Source: Podarcis gaigeae (lineage: Eukaryota). From it: DNA of 64,000 nt. A program made the position numbers and the translations under genes. Positions within the stretch are counted from its first letter, which is position 1; each line of letters starts with the position of its first letter. Location of the stretch: NCBI GenBank assembly GCA_964106915.2, contig OZ066914.1. The stretch is one strand, 5' to 3'. The notes under the pieces are model-generated. The model did no database searches and was not told where the DNA came from. It saw only the letters and a list, made by a program, of their open reading frames with translations. Of the stretch, positions 39,305 to 51,489 are shown piece by piece.

Positions 39305-40056
39305 TCCTTGATGCTCTAGCATTCTATATGGGCATGCTTTTTCGATAGGGGCTTTGCTTGAATTGAAGTAGGGGTGCTCACATAGGCAGGAAGCCTTGCT
39401 CAAATTCTTTCCAGCATGTATTGTCCACCTCAGTTCTTAGCCATCCTGACAGCATTCATACTTAATAGACAGGATATAAACATTTGAATATATCAATCTG
39501 TAAGGCTGCCATCTCACCTGGCACACTCATTTTGTTCTCATTTCAGTGCTGAGCATCTTATTGATGTATTTGATTAGAGGTCATCAGGCAAGCAAGAAAA
39601 CACCAAGGGTGTTCTTTTTGTCTGAGCAGGAATTTCCTAATTGGCTAAAAACCAACAAAACAGGCATGAAGTATCGTCTCTTTACTACTCCCCTTGCCCT
39701 GAATGTAGGTCCCTGCAACTATGGACATAAATGCGTAATAAGATTACTCCGATCTTATTTTCTACCATGAATACTGAAAACATCAGTGAATATAAAAGCA
39801 GCACCAATTAGTGATGATAGTTTTAAACTTTGTGTTATCTGTGTTCCCAGGTTTTAGACAACATATTCATTTTCAGAACAGAAATGGGATCACAGTTCAA
39901 GCTAAAACTGTTGATTTTATCAGCCCCTTTCTTCCTGGACACTTTTTTATTGCCTGCTATTTTTAATGTCTGTTTTTCTTGCCTTTTTAGTGAATATTTC
40001 ATACCGTTATGTGAGTGACTTAGAGATATGCTTGATTAAGTGGTATACAGCCCTTG

Positions 40057-40098
<42 letters not shown>

Positions 40099-40118
40099 GT
40101 CAGTCAGTCAGTCAGTCT
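40057..40118. repeat. (ATCA)n shifting to (GTCA)n tetranucleotide microsatellite
   Basis: Direct observation. Confidence 0.95.
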
Positions 40119-41940
40119 GTCCATCCATCCTAGGAGTCTGAGGTTCAGAGGTCAAGCCAATGACCTATGTCCATGTGTGCATAACATGTGTGCAGCTATA
40201 AGGCCAGGGTCTCAACTAGACGTGACGAGAGGCCTGTTCCTGCCACTTCTTTCCCCAGGCAAACAATTAGTCTAATAACATGAGTAACACAACATCACAC
40301 TATAAATGTCTTTCCCCCAACCCTGTAAAGAGCAGTAGTAGGGAGACTCTAACTATGGTAATGTAATGCCATCCTTCTTCTTTAACTAAACTTTACTGGG
40401 CAAATGCAGAAAGGTGTGGTGTTTAGTAGTGACTTGCATGCATCCCATAACATGTACCTTGGACCTGACTGAGGCTCCCACTCCATCTGATGACAGCAAA
40501 CCTATGTGTTTGACAAGAAACTCCAAGGAAAGGTGATGGAACTCTGACCACCATAGTGTGATCAAAGGGGGTCTGTTTCCAATCATGTCTTTTTAGCACT
40601 ACCTGCCCCTCTGCTCTTAAAATTGCCCCCCTCCCAGCAAACACGCTTTAAAAATGAATGGGGGCAAATTGAAAGCCTTGGAGCACATATCAGCCACATA
40701 TCATATCTGGCACTTTTAAGTCTTATTGATTTTAGTGTGAAAGAGTGGGTGCTTAGCTTTTCCCTATTGAAATTGAAGAGATGTGAAGCATGCTGAGCTT
40801 TGACTGGATCATTGCCCTACAGATTTCTGGGTGTCACTCATGTACTCCAAAATCTGCTGAAACATGTTGAAGAACTGAAGCAATCAGACCTTAAGATCTG
40901 AACAAAATGGAAAGTTGGTGTATCAACCAGTACCCCAAGTGTCCTTTCAAATCATGGAGGCTGGGTGAGTTTCAGGGTGGGATCACATTAGTTGAACCGG
41001 ATCTGCACTTTCACACAACCATCATTTCAAGCTTCTTCCATTCCTCTGAGCATGGAAGGAGTAAAAATGTGTCCCATTTACCTCAAGAGGGCCTGCACAA
41101 AGGAACTTCTCTGTGGTCCCAGTGGATTGTGTTATGTATGTCTAGCATTAATTATGGCTGTCAAGCATTTCAGAAGTCACAGAAATACTAATATCAGCCC
41201 TGTGTAAGATTTATTTTTTAACACTGACACAGAAGATCTCCATCACCTCAGAGTTGTTATCCAAAATATTCCATAGGCAAGCCTTTCAAATTCCTTGCAT
41301 GGTGAGGTCTGAATAATTGAGCAGGCCTTTTGAATACAGTTGTAAAGGCAACTCCTGCTTTGTTTCTCTTCCATTAGATTTGTGTTCTTGAGATCTTTTG
41401 GAAAGGCCTTCCCAATTTCCCTATTCTGGCAACCACTGTGTGTGTATTTGTGTCACTTTTTGTATCATATTAGGTGAGTGTCTAGTTGCCCCAGCTGGAT
41501 CTACACTGAAACATGCAGAAATCAGTAGTTGTCCCTACCATTAACTAAGGTTAACTAAGGCAACCCTTAGAAATTCAGATAAATTTCTCACCTCATCTTT
41601 CCAGAGGGTTTTATTATGCCCCCTACCTGCCTACGGAATGATAAAAAAGGGACTTTCAGAACAGATCCTGTATTTTTCCCAGTCTAGTAAACCCTGATTT
41701 CCAGCAATATAGGACCAATCTACACCTGACATTATATGTGCCTTTCTATTAATACACATAACAGCCGGTGTACGTGGGAGATGAAGTTCCATTGGGCCAA
41801 TGCAGGTAAGAACTTTGGGTGAATGATTCTCATAAGGGTCACAGCACGGTGGAACTCCAATCTGTTCCTTCTGTAATCCTAATCATAATCAGCTCCTCAC
41901 TACCATTTTACATCTGGTTTGCTTTGGTCCCTGGTGCCAA

Positions 41941-42018
41941 CAACATCATCATCATAATCATCATTATCATCGCTACTACTACTACTACTACTACTACTAC
42001 TGCTACTACTACTACTAT
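41941..42018. repeat. (CAT)n/(CTA)n compound microsatellite
   Basis: Direct observation. Confidence 0.9.
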
Positions 42019-42692
42019 ACCACTCATCCTCTGAAGATCACAAGGTGGTTTACCACATAAAAACCCAAAATACAGTTTTTGAACCCAGTGATCTCTCTCT
42101 CTCTCTTATCTACCTACCCACCCACCTACCTTACTATCTGAAGTTCAGCTGTATCAGCATTTTTTTCTATTTTCGTGCCAGAGGCAAAAGTGGGCAGAGC
42201 GAAGGATGTGAGCCTCACCTTTGCACCAGATATTTCAATACACACACACACGGGCGCACATCTCTCCATACTCTAGCCAGGCAAATGAGGCATGAGCATT
42301 CAAGAACACAATCAAGCGAGGCAGAAGCATTCAGCACAGAATACGGCTTGTGAAGGGTGTGGCCTAGGGAGAGTTCTGTGGTCCACATAGAGAAGACAGG
42401 GCCATTTGGCCCCTCACATATCCTCCCATGGGATGTGGCCCAAATCCGAGACACCATCTTCTGGGTCCAAAGTCCTGTGCAAGTCCCATGACCCATGCGA
42501 CATTGTGGACCTGGAAAAACTGCTGGAGGGAGGGGGGGCAAGATCTCATCCTGAAATTGTGCGAGAGCAAGGTGCTCAAAATGTCTGCCATGCTCTCGTG
42601 GGTAAAGCCAGGATGTCACAGTTTTTCCGGGGCAGTTGACGGGTATTGCTCAGCCACCCCATATTTATTGCAATGGTATGGTGTGGTAGCAA

Positions 42693-43049
42693 GGGACGTG
42701 GGTGGCGCTGTGGGTTAAACCACAGAGCCTAGGACTTGCTGATCAGAAGGTCGGTGGTTTGTATCCCCACAACAGGGTGAGCTCCCATTGCTCGGTCCCT
42801 GCTCCTGCCAACCTAGCAGTTCCAAAGCACGTCAAAGTGCAAGTAGATAAATAGGTACCACTCCGGCAGGAAGGTAAACGGCGTTTCCGTGCGCTGCTCT
42901 GGTTCGCCAGAAGCGGCTTAGTCATGCTGGCCACATGACCCGGAAGCTGTATGCCGGCTTCCTCAGCCAATAAAGCGAGATGAGCACCGCAACCCCAGAG
43001 TCAGCCACGATTGGACCTAATAGTCAGGGGTCCCTTTACCTTTACCTTT
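42693..43049 (+). mobile_element. Sauria SINE, full length
   Basis: GGGACGTGGGTGGCGCTGTGGG head, CTTTACCTTTACCTTT tail, 15-bp TSD TATGGTGTGGTAGCA at 42677-42691 and 43050-43064. Confidence 0.95.
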
Positions 43050-43643
43050 TATGGTGTGGTAGCAGAATAAGTAAGGTTATTTTATAAATATTAGATTTCA
43101 TTAAGGTTATATTAATAGCCAAACTGTTATTGTATATGTATATGTTTAGGATGTAACCTTCCTTTGGATCCTGTATCAATGAAGGGCAGGCTAGAAATGA
43201 AATGATAATGATGATAATGATAATTATTAGTAGGAGCAAGGGCATTCATTTCCAGATGCCCTTGAGCCTCCCATGTAGTTCCACCAGGTACAAGTTTCAA
43301 GTTGAATCACAGCCTGGAGGGGAAATGTACAAGTTTCTCCCCAGGATGCACTTTCAGTAGCATCCAAGATCTACACTCTCTCCCACGAGGAACATTCCCT
43401 GTGTTCAAAGTGGTTCAGCAAATGGCAGAATGTTTTTAAATCTCTCTCTCTTCAGGGCATTGCACATTCTGTGCGTGTACATTGCTCTCATTGGCCTTAA
43501 AAGAAGTTTAATGCATACATCAAAGGGAGGATTTACCCCCATCATGAGCCCCGACGGGCAAAGACAACAGCAGCAAGCTCACCGGCTACAGATTCTGAGC
43601 CGGGAGTGTGGCAGAGTTCAAACCAACAGCTCACGTTTTAAGC

Positions 43644-43647
<4 letters not shown>

Positions 43648-43677
<30 letters not shown>
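43648..43677. repeat. (TG)n microsatellite
   Basis: Direct observation. Confidence 0.95.
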
Positions 43678-43681
<4 letters not shown>

Positions 43682-43950
43682 TAAAATATAGGCCGGTGTT
43701 TAAATATTGGTTGTCCTAATAACCAAATTGGAGGTTCCTTCTTTAAAAATAAACATTGGTCTACCAAACTGTATACTAATACTAATACTCATAATTTTAT
43801 TATTTATCCCCTGCTCATCTGGCTAGGCAGAGAAGTGGGTGACTTGGTGCAAAGTAGGACTAGGCTCCCCTAAGTCCTACCCCTACTTCTGACAGTTTGG
43901 TAGAAGAGAAAATAGGCACAGTTTACCTTGCAGGGATGATAAGCATTTTG

Positions 43951-44140
43951 GGAAGGGGCTTTGGTTCAGAGGTAGAGCATCTGTTTTAAGTACAGGAGGT
44001 CACAGGTTCAATCCCTGGCATCTCCAGTTTGGGAAAGACTCCCTGCCAGAAACCCTGGATAGCTGCTGCCAGTCAGTGTAAACGATGCTGAGACTGATGG
44101 ATGTGGTCTGACTCAATGTAAGGCAGTTTCCCATGTTCTT
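43951..44140 (+). mobile_element. tRNA-derived SINE with CR1-like 3' end
   Basis: A-box-like TGGTTCAGAGGTAGAGC, B-box GGTTCAATCCC, 3' GGTCTGACTCAATGTAAGGCAGTTTCCCATGTT. Confidence 0.7.
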
Positions 44141-44599
44141 CAGAACTGCAGCTACTGCAATTCTCTTCTCTATGCAACTGTCAAGGAGTGAGGAGCCCTG
44201 CCTTCCTTTGCATGTGGTCACCCTATTTGCACTCGTCAGGAAAGGGGTGGTGAGTGTGCACTGACAAATATCTAGGGGCAGCAATGCTAGGTCTGGTAGC
44301 AGGACCTGGCATCTTGGGGCAGTGCCATTTTGGCCAAGCCATGCTAATCTTGCCTAAGGGCAGGTGAAACCTCAGTTCAGCTGAAAGGCTTAGCTGATCA
44401 GGTGATTTGTAGCATCTGCTAAACTCTATGCAAAGCGCTGTGCACAGGGCTTTACAAGAGCTGACAGTCAGCTGATTGTCAGGTCTTGCGAAGCTCCTTG
44501 CTGATGTCACTTTGCAAAGGGTCACCGCATGGGACTCTGACATCAGGTAGGCAATCTTGGCCCGCGAAATGTGCAGGAGATCTGGTTCCCCATCCCTGG

Positions 44600-44725
44600 T
44601 CTACACTGCCTGGCAGCAGCTATCCAAGGTTTTAGACAGGGAATAGTCCCAAACCTCCCAGGAGATGTCATGGACTCAACATGGATGTTTGGCATGTAAA
44701 GTAGATGCTCTGAGCTGCAGCTCTT
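44600..44725 (-). mobile_element. Degenerate inverted copy of the same tRNA-SINE family
   Basis: TCTACACTGCCTGGCAGCAGCTATCCAAGGTTT...AGATGCTCT is the reverse complement of the 43951 copy core. Confidence 0.55.
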
Positions 44726-44999
44726 CTTTTTATGATAACCTTGAGAAAGACCAGCTCTGTATGAGCCACATAATGCAATTCTTCCCCTCCATTGAAATCC
44801 AGTGGCTCTTACTTTTGAGTAAACAAGCACTGGATTGGGCTATAAGTGACCTTCAGGCAGACTTGTCCTGCTCTCTTTTGCTAATTAATTGCAAAGCTCA
44901 AGTATAAGTGGCACTGGATAATATGGCAAACAAAGGTAGAAGGAGAAATTCCTTTCTGTTCATCACTGGTCTGGAGGGGAGGGGGGGAGGAGGACCGGG

Positions 45000-45240
45000 G
45001 AGGAAAGTGTTAATAGCTTGTGCCTGAATGCCGTGGTTTGCAATCTCTAAGCAGCTTTAGTGTCTCCTACCACAGCCCTGATTTAAAATTCATAAATGCT
45101 AATCCTCCATAATTTACGGTTTAAAAAGCAGCCCCACTCACAGGCCCTGTGGCTACAGCTCTGTCAGAGTAATTATGCCGCCAAGCTGAAATTGGACTAC
45201 TAACTGAGATATTAAACAGGGTAGGAAATCCTCTTCCTTG
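45000..45240. promoter_or_regulatory. Candidate conserved non-coding enhancer
   Basis: Dense TGATTTAA, TCATAAA, TAATCC, ATAATTTACG, CTGTCA, TAATTA motifs within ~120 bp. Confidence 0.4.
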
Positions 45241-45371
45241 NNNNNNNNNNNNNNNNNNNNNNNNNNNNNNNNNNNNNNNNNNNNNNNNNNNNNNNNNNNN
45301 NNNNNNNNNNNNNNNNNNNNNNNNNNNNNNNNNNNNNNNNNNNNNNNNNNNNNNNNNNNNNNNNNNNNNNN
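45241..45371. other. Assembly gap (131 N)
   Basis: Run of N. Confidence 1.
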
Positions 45372-47173
45372 NTTTTTTTCCCTCAAGCTTAATTTAGTGT
45401 GTATATTAAAACTTTTTTTAAAAAAAAGAGGGAGTGAGAGAAATCTTCACTGAAGTGCAGGATGATTGCTTTGAAAACGGAGCTTTTTCCCTTTCATTTT
45501 GTTTGCCCTCTGGGGAAGGGGGGCTCTGCTATTAATTAGTCGGGGCACGTTGTGCTGATGGAACCCCATGCTGCACAGAGGCAGGGGCTGGCTTGTGGTT
45601 TTCTATTAGCTCTGCTCCTGGAGGGCACCTCCTGGGTGGGCAAGCTCCGGAAGACCCCCAAATGGGAAAACCCTAGAATGAACTTTGAAGCAGGATGTGG
45701 TCGGAGGTGCATCCGATCTTGTATCTTCCTTCTTTGGACTAAGAGCTTTTCGTGGGCACAGCAGTAGCTGATGGCCCTTGTCTTCTGGTTTTCTCAATAA
45801 CCAGCTGTAGAAATGGGTCTTTCACTTGTTGACTTCGGCTCACCTCTCAGTTGTTTTCTTTTGGGAAAAGGACTTAACGTTATCCCAGTTCCAAGGTTTC
45901 ATCTTTATGAGAGGAAGACCAAGCTAATGGTTTGTGTTGTTTGGAGCATTTTTCAAGCACCTTCAAACTGGTCCCAACTTAGAACCGGTTTTCTAGCTCT
46001 GACGCTACTTGAGTAAAGGCCACCCATTTGAAAGAAATTTAATGCTTTCCGTTCAGTGATGTGTCTTTTCACAAGTGATGTGCAACCTTAGCTGGATGAG
46101 GGTGTGTTCCTCCTCACCCTCCAACATGGGGGTTTCACAATGCAATTAGGGATGTAAGAAGACAGCAATTTCTCTTCTGACTGGCATTTGTCATAATCAG
46201 CAGTGTTTTCATTCCATCGCAGTTCAGTTTCTGCCAAATACTGCCTTGTTTGTCTCACTGTCCACTGTTTACCATAAGTTATATAATTTATGTAATTATT
46301 TATGTAACTTACATAACTTACATTCATTCCAATGATGAAGGATGCCTCAAAACCATGTTTTTATTTTAAAAAATTAACTATGTATCATTTGTGAACTTAA
46401 AAAGAGCAAATAATGTGAGTGAATACCAACTGTATTAGCTTGACTAATTTTCATTCCCAACCACAAATGTGCAAATTTCAGCAACTTTCATCCCCCCCCA
46501 TCAGAATTCTCCAGCATCCCTACATGTGATGGCATCAATCAGCTGTTCTGACATGAAGTATGGAAGCTGTGGGATCATTTCTTCTCAACACCCTGCAAGT
46601 CACTGCTCATCAATGCATCTCCTCCTTCTCCACCCACCCCCAACACATAGCCTTCCAGCAGCTATGCAAGCTTAACATTTAATCTGGGCCATTCTATTTA
46701 GCAGACCAATGTGCTTTTGTCTCTGAAGGACTGTCCCAGTACAATGCAATACAAATCTAACTATTTTGATTAGGACTATTACCATTGAGTTGAAATCACA
46801 GGGTGCTTCTCTTGGAAATCCACATAAACTTTTTTTAAAAACATCATCCTTTCTGTTTTTACCAGTCAAGTTGTTGTTACAAAGAGTTCAGGCCATCGCG
46901 CCAAAGAAATATAGAGACAATTTCTTTCAGAATTGAAGCAGGCGCTTTTCCTATCATGAAACTAAGTTCCTACTTGACTACTGATTTCTGATTTCAATAA
47001 TTTACTTCTTTTGCTCCTGCATTGTCCAGTGATGGATCTCATAATAGGCTCTCATACTTATAGAATGGTACCATAAGTGCACTTCAGAGAGATTCTAGCA
47101 TACTTTGAGAAATCCAGCAAAATTTGATTAAGTGCCTAAAAAACCTTGCTTTTGGATGTCTTTAGCTTTAGCT

Positions 47174-47421
47174 GAGAGCCAGTGTGGTGTAGTGGTTAAG
47201 AGCGGTAGTCTCGTAATCTGGGAAACTGGGTTCATGTCTGCGCTCCTCCACATACAGCTGCTGGGTGACCTTGGGCTAGTCACACTTCTCTGAAGTCTCT
47301 CAGCCCCACTCACCTCACAGAGTGTTTGTTGTGGGGGAGGAAGGGAAAGGAGATTGTGAGCCGCTTTGAGACTCCTTCGGGTAGTGATAAAGTGGGATAT
47401 CAAATCCAAACTCTTCTTCTT
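47174..47421 (+). mobile_element. tRNA-derived squamate SINE (Squam3-like) with L2-type 3' end and (CTT)n tail
   Basis: GAGAGCCAGTGTGGTGTAGTGGTTAAGAGC A-box, GGGTTCATGTC B-box, GGGTGACCTTGGGCTAGTCAC core, 3' GAGCCGCTTTGAGACTCCTTCGGG...GGGATAT. Confidence 0.85.
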
Positions 47422-48310
47422 TTAGAGTGAGCAGGTGTGAGGTCCTACTGCTGAGTCCACTTTGGTTCATTGTAAATCAAATGGTGATTTCATCTTGGGT
47501 CATAGATTTCCTGTAGGGGGGCAGGAGGGGAGCCTTGACAGCACACTGTGAAAAAAATGTACAGCATCTCTACAAACACATCACACATGTCTTGCTCACA
47601 CAACCCTGATACTGTGGTGGTCCATATCACACACTTAAGAAGCTGTGTTCTCTGAAATAATCATTATGTCACAGCGTTACGAGTACTCTAATTCAAAATA
47701 AGCCTGCTCCTCCATCTAGCCACTTCAGCAATTTTGCTAAAAACAGGTTTCACTTTGGCTACTGTCAGTCCTTTACATGTATATCAATGGCACATTTGTT
47801 AGGAGAAGCCACTTGAAACTTGAAGAGCTGGGAAATCAAACATTTCCCTGTGATTCCCCCTGATTCTCGCCATTTGCAACAATACGTTCGTGGGTTTCAA
47901 TTATCCTGACAAACCTCACAGGCAAGAGAGTTCCTCTAGTGGTCTCTTGCCTAATCCTTCTGTAGCTTTCAAAATGAAAAGTCTGGAATCAGGCAGATAG
48001 GTGGGCCTAACATAATGATGCTGGATGGAGGAACTGACTTTTTTGAGCAGATTAAAGAGTCACCTAGTCTATGGCAGTTTATTATCTGGTGTCTGTCTGT
48101 GGCTGTTTCTGTGATTCACAGAAAGCAGACAAGTTTGAACTCTGCCTCTTTGTGAAGAGAATTTCCTTCCCTCTCTTATCTTCTCTGTTTATGACCAGAG
48201 GTACAGTGATTGGTAGCTGGTCACATTTCATCTAGTTAGTAATGTAATTGCTGATTATTTTCTCTTATACATATACAGATATCTAAGCGTTATGAGGAAG
48301 TGGGTACAGA

Positions 48311-48490
48311 CAGTGGCGTAGCGTGGGGGGTGCAGGGGGGGCCGGCCGCACCGGGCGCAACATCTGGGGGTTAGGGAAATCCACGGGTTAGGGGGCGCAA
48401 ATCCATGGGTTAGGGGGCGCAAATCCATGGGTTAGGGGGCGCAAATTACTTGCCTTGCCCCGGGTGCTGATAACCCACGCTACACCACTG
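48311..48490. mobile_element. hAT-superfamily MITE with an internal 22-bp tandem repeat
   Basis: TIRs CAGTGGCGTAGCGTGGG / CCCACGCTACACCACTG; perfect 8-bp TSD GGTACAGA at 48303-48310 and 48491-48498. Confidence 0.9.
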
Positions 48491-48559
48491 GGTACAGAAA
48501 CATACAAGTTTCTTGCTGTACTGCGTTCAGGGATTAATGATAAACCACACAGGAAAGTA

Positions 48560-49980
48560 CCTCAGTGTGGATCATGTGGAACATAAGATTTTTAACCAAG
48601 GCCATAACTGGAGCTGGTTTCTTCAATAGTGGCAACTGGTCTCCCTCGACTTCCTTTTCACCACACAGGGTCTTCTGAAAGAAAAAAAATTTCTTGGAGT
48701 AAAATCACAAGATAGGGCTGCTTGTTATCACCATTGTTAATGACCACATACAACCCTGACAAGGGATTGCAAAAAGTTTAACAGAATTGACTAAAAGAAG
48801 GATAAGAATCAAATATGCAAAAGAGATTGCAATAACAGCTACCCTTGATAATGTATTTACTCACGATAAAGACTCGCTCTTAGAAATGTTACTTGTTTTC
48901 AGCCTCTTTGGTGATTTCAATTGATCTTCAAAGATTAAGTTAAAGAAATTAGAAATTCTAGACATAAATACTCTGTCAGTAATAAGGAATCTGTGGAGAG
49001 ATTCAGGAATCCAGTACTTTGACATCAGCATTTTGAAAATATAACTGCTACCTATAAATAGAATTATGGGTTTCTGGTCGAGATTATCTGGAAACAGCAT
49101 GCAGAATAGAGCATTTTAAAGCTCTCCTGTTTAGAGAGGTTACTGGCAATTAGAATGATGACTCTGCCAAATGTTTTTTTAATCTATTGATTAAGCAAAA
49201 TGAAAGCAAAAATACATCAATAGATTTCTAGAGGTTGGAAATATCCATTTAAAACTATACCTCAATCAAGATAAAAAGAGCATATGGGTTTTCCATAGCA
49301 TATTATGACGCAATGAAATTAGCAGTCACCTGGGAATGCTTTAGACTAGCCAAACAAATCTTTTGTTGTTCAAGACAACAGATAGGGGTGGTTGTTTTAT
49401 TTTTATAAATCAGTAAGCTCAATCAATTATGCTATTTAGGAGAAGTTGGATATTGTATAGATCGAAATAAAAATCTAGCTTCTTAATACAAACCATAGCT
49501 TTGTTAATAAAGAAAGGAAATAAAAGAAAAGAAGTAGTGAAGGAGGAGGAGGAAATAATAAACCTGCATTTCTGGAAGATACACACATTTGTTAAAAATA
49601 CAATATTGGAAGGGTTGAAAATTAATGATCTGATGCTCTCATCTCAAGACCAGGCAGTCTTACCATATTGATTTCTGAATATTGGTATTTGAACAATTAG
49701 GGACCAAATCCAATGCTGAGAAATATATGTTACAACCAGATATAACATGAATTATTCAATTGTTATGTAACACAAATATGGAATTGAATTCCTTGGCAAT
49801 ACAAAGATCTAGATATTTGTATTGCAAAATCTTTCTGCAAGAATTGAAAACATTTGTTCCCAAAATTGCCATATAAGGAGAATCCCAGGAAAAATCCTTG
49901 AAAAATGCAAGAGGTTCAAGTCCTTCATCCTCTGTGCCAAAAGTGCACAAATCAACTGAGCACTTACTTTCTGTGGCTTT
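48560..49980 (+). mobile_element. Ancient degenerate L1-clade LINE ORF2 fragment (RT through C-terminus)
   Basis: Ordered decayed motifs: TR*GCLLSPLL (~48707; cf. RQGCPLSPLL), IKYAKEI (cf. YADD), KIKLKKLEIL, IQYFDISI (cf. KYLGI), LSCLERLLAIRMMTLP (cf. LSxxGRxxxIKMxxLP). Confidence 0.75.
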
Positions 49981-50244
49981 GGGCAGAGAAAGCCTAAAGG
50001 GGCAGACCTCATCAAAGAAATGGCAGACTAGGCATGCTCAGTGGCCATGGAACATGGTGAGTTGGGGGAAGGGAGAAGAATGCATTGGAATAGCCTGGAA
50101 GAGGGGAATGGTTGACTGGAATGCCTATCAGGACCACTCCCACTATCTTTGGTAGCAGATGCCGCTTTTAATCACCAAATGGTCAACTGAATCTTTCCAA
50201 GATGAGATTTGTCTACCACACAAAGTTCTCCTATTGCTATATTG

Positions 50245-50575
50245 TAGGGGTGGGGAACCTCAGGCATGAGGGTAACATGTGGCCCTTCAAACCTCTTCAT
50301 TTGTCCCCTGGGAATCTCCCTAGGTCACACTCTGTCCCCAGTTATGCCTCTTAGGAGCCCTGCTTTGCACCCCCTATAATGTGTCATTGAATTCTGATAA
50401 TGTTTCTGGCTTGCCTAGTTGAAGAATAGACGTGTGTGTGTGTAGAAACCAGCCTACTGCACTGAGGTAAATGTTACATTCACTACTCCACTCACTTTTG
50501 CTCTTGACCACACCCAGAGCTGGCCTGGGGCTCCCGGGTTCAGAAGGTAGTACAGCCCTCAGACTGAAAAGGATC
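50245..50575. mobile_element. Old hAT-Charlie-like non-autonomous element
   Basis: Begins AGGGGTGGGGAACCT, typical of hAT-Charlie termini; the right end is degenerate. Confidence 0.45.
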
Positions 50576-51489
50576 CTTCATATTACCTTCAGAACAATCA
50601 TGTCGGAAGCCTAGACTACTCATTTTCTTAACAGAAGATTAATGCAAAAGCTGAAAATGCAATATGTTTCATGTTCTTTAATTGCATTGTTCCTTATTGC
50701 ACCTCAGTACTGGGCATTTTTAATGCCAGCTGTAATTCACACATTGGAGTGGCATTGAGTGGAAGCATTTCCCTCCTTCTCTCAGACTAATGGAATCTCT
50801 GCCTACATATTTCTTCCCACCTACGAAGGTCATCAAATGTTTTTGTGCCAAGCGTTAGAATTGATGCCATCGTAATGAACTCTGAAAACATTGTCCTGAC
50901 AAAGCAAACAGAACATGTTGAGATCCTTGATCTCAACATCAAACAAAGTGCGAGGGAGGTCCCAGAGAAGCCGTCCATCCAAGATCAACCAGTTCTCCTG
51001 TGCACAAGGATGTTCAGTCCAGAATGCAGAGATGTCCAGGCAGCAAGGTTATGTTCAGCTTAAATAAATGAGATGACGGAATGGCCAGATTACAAATGTG
51101 AAGATCTTGACTGCTGCTATTTGTGGCAATCCATAGATGACAATCTGAGGACCATTTCTCATGGGATATTTATGCTGTCTTTGAGCACAATCCCCCCTCC
51201 CTCCCATGGACCTGACTTAAAATCAGTGGATCTTTGATGGCAGTTGTGTGATTGTGAATACAAATGTAAACATTGGCTTTCAATCACCTCTTTCCTCAGC
51301 AAAATGCATAAAAGTGAAAGGGTGAGTACTTTCTCATCACCACATATGCCTTTTGCTTGGCAGCGATTTAAGCATAGAGGTAACTCATAATTTATGCCTT
51401 TCATAACAAAACTACTCGTAACGTGTATTTGGTGCATGGATATCCATGAAAATTGTACCCATGTATCCATGATATAGAGCACATAGATA

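Noticed and set aside
45153-45453. ORFs containing X runs
   Set aside because: Artefacts of the N gap.
47174-47250. Possible tRNA gene
   Set aside because: tRNA-like head continues into a SINE body and L2-like tail; no complete cloverleaf.
48368-48446. Short direct repeats resembling a CRISPR array
   Set aside because: Tandem units without unique spacers, inside a eukaryotic MITE.
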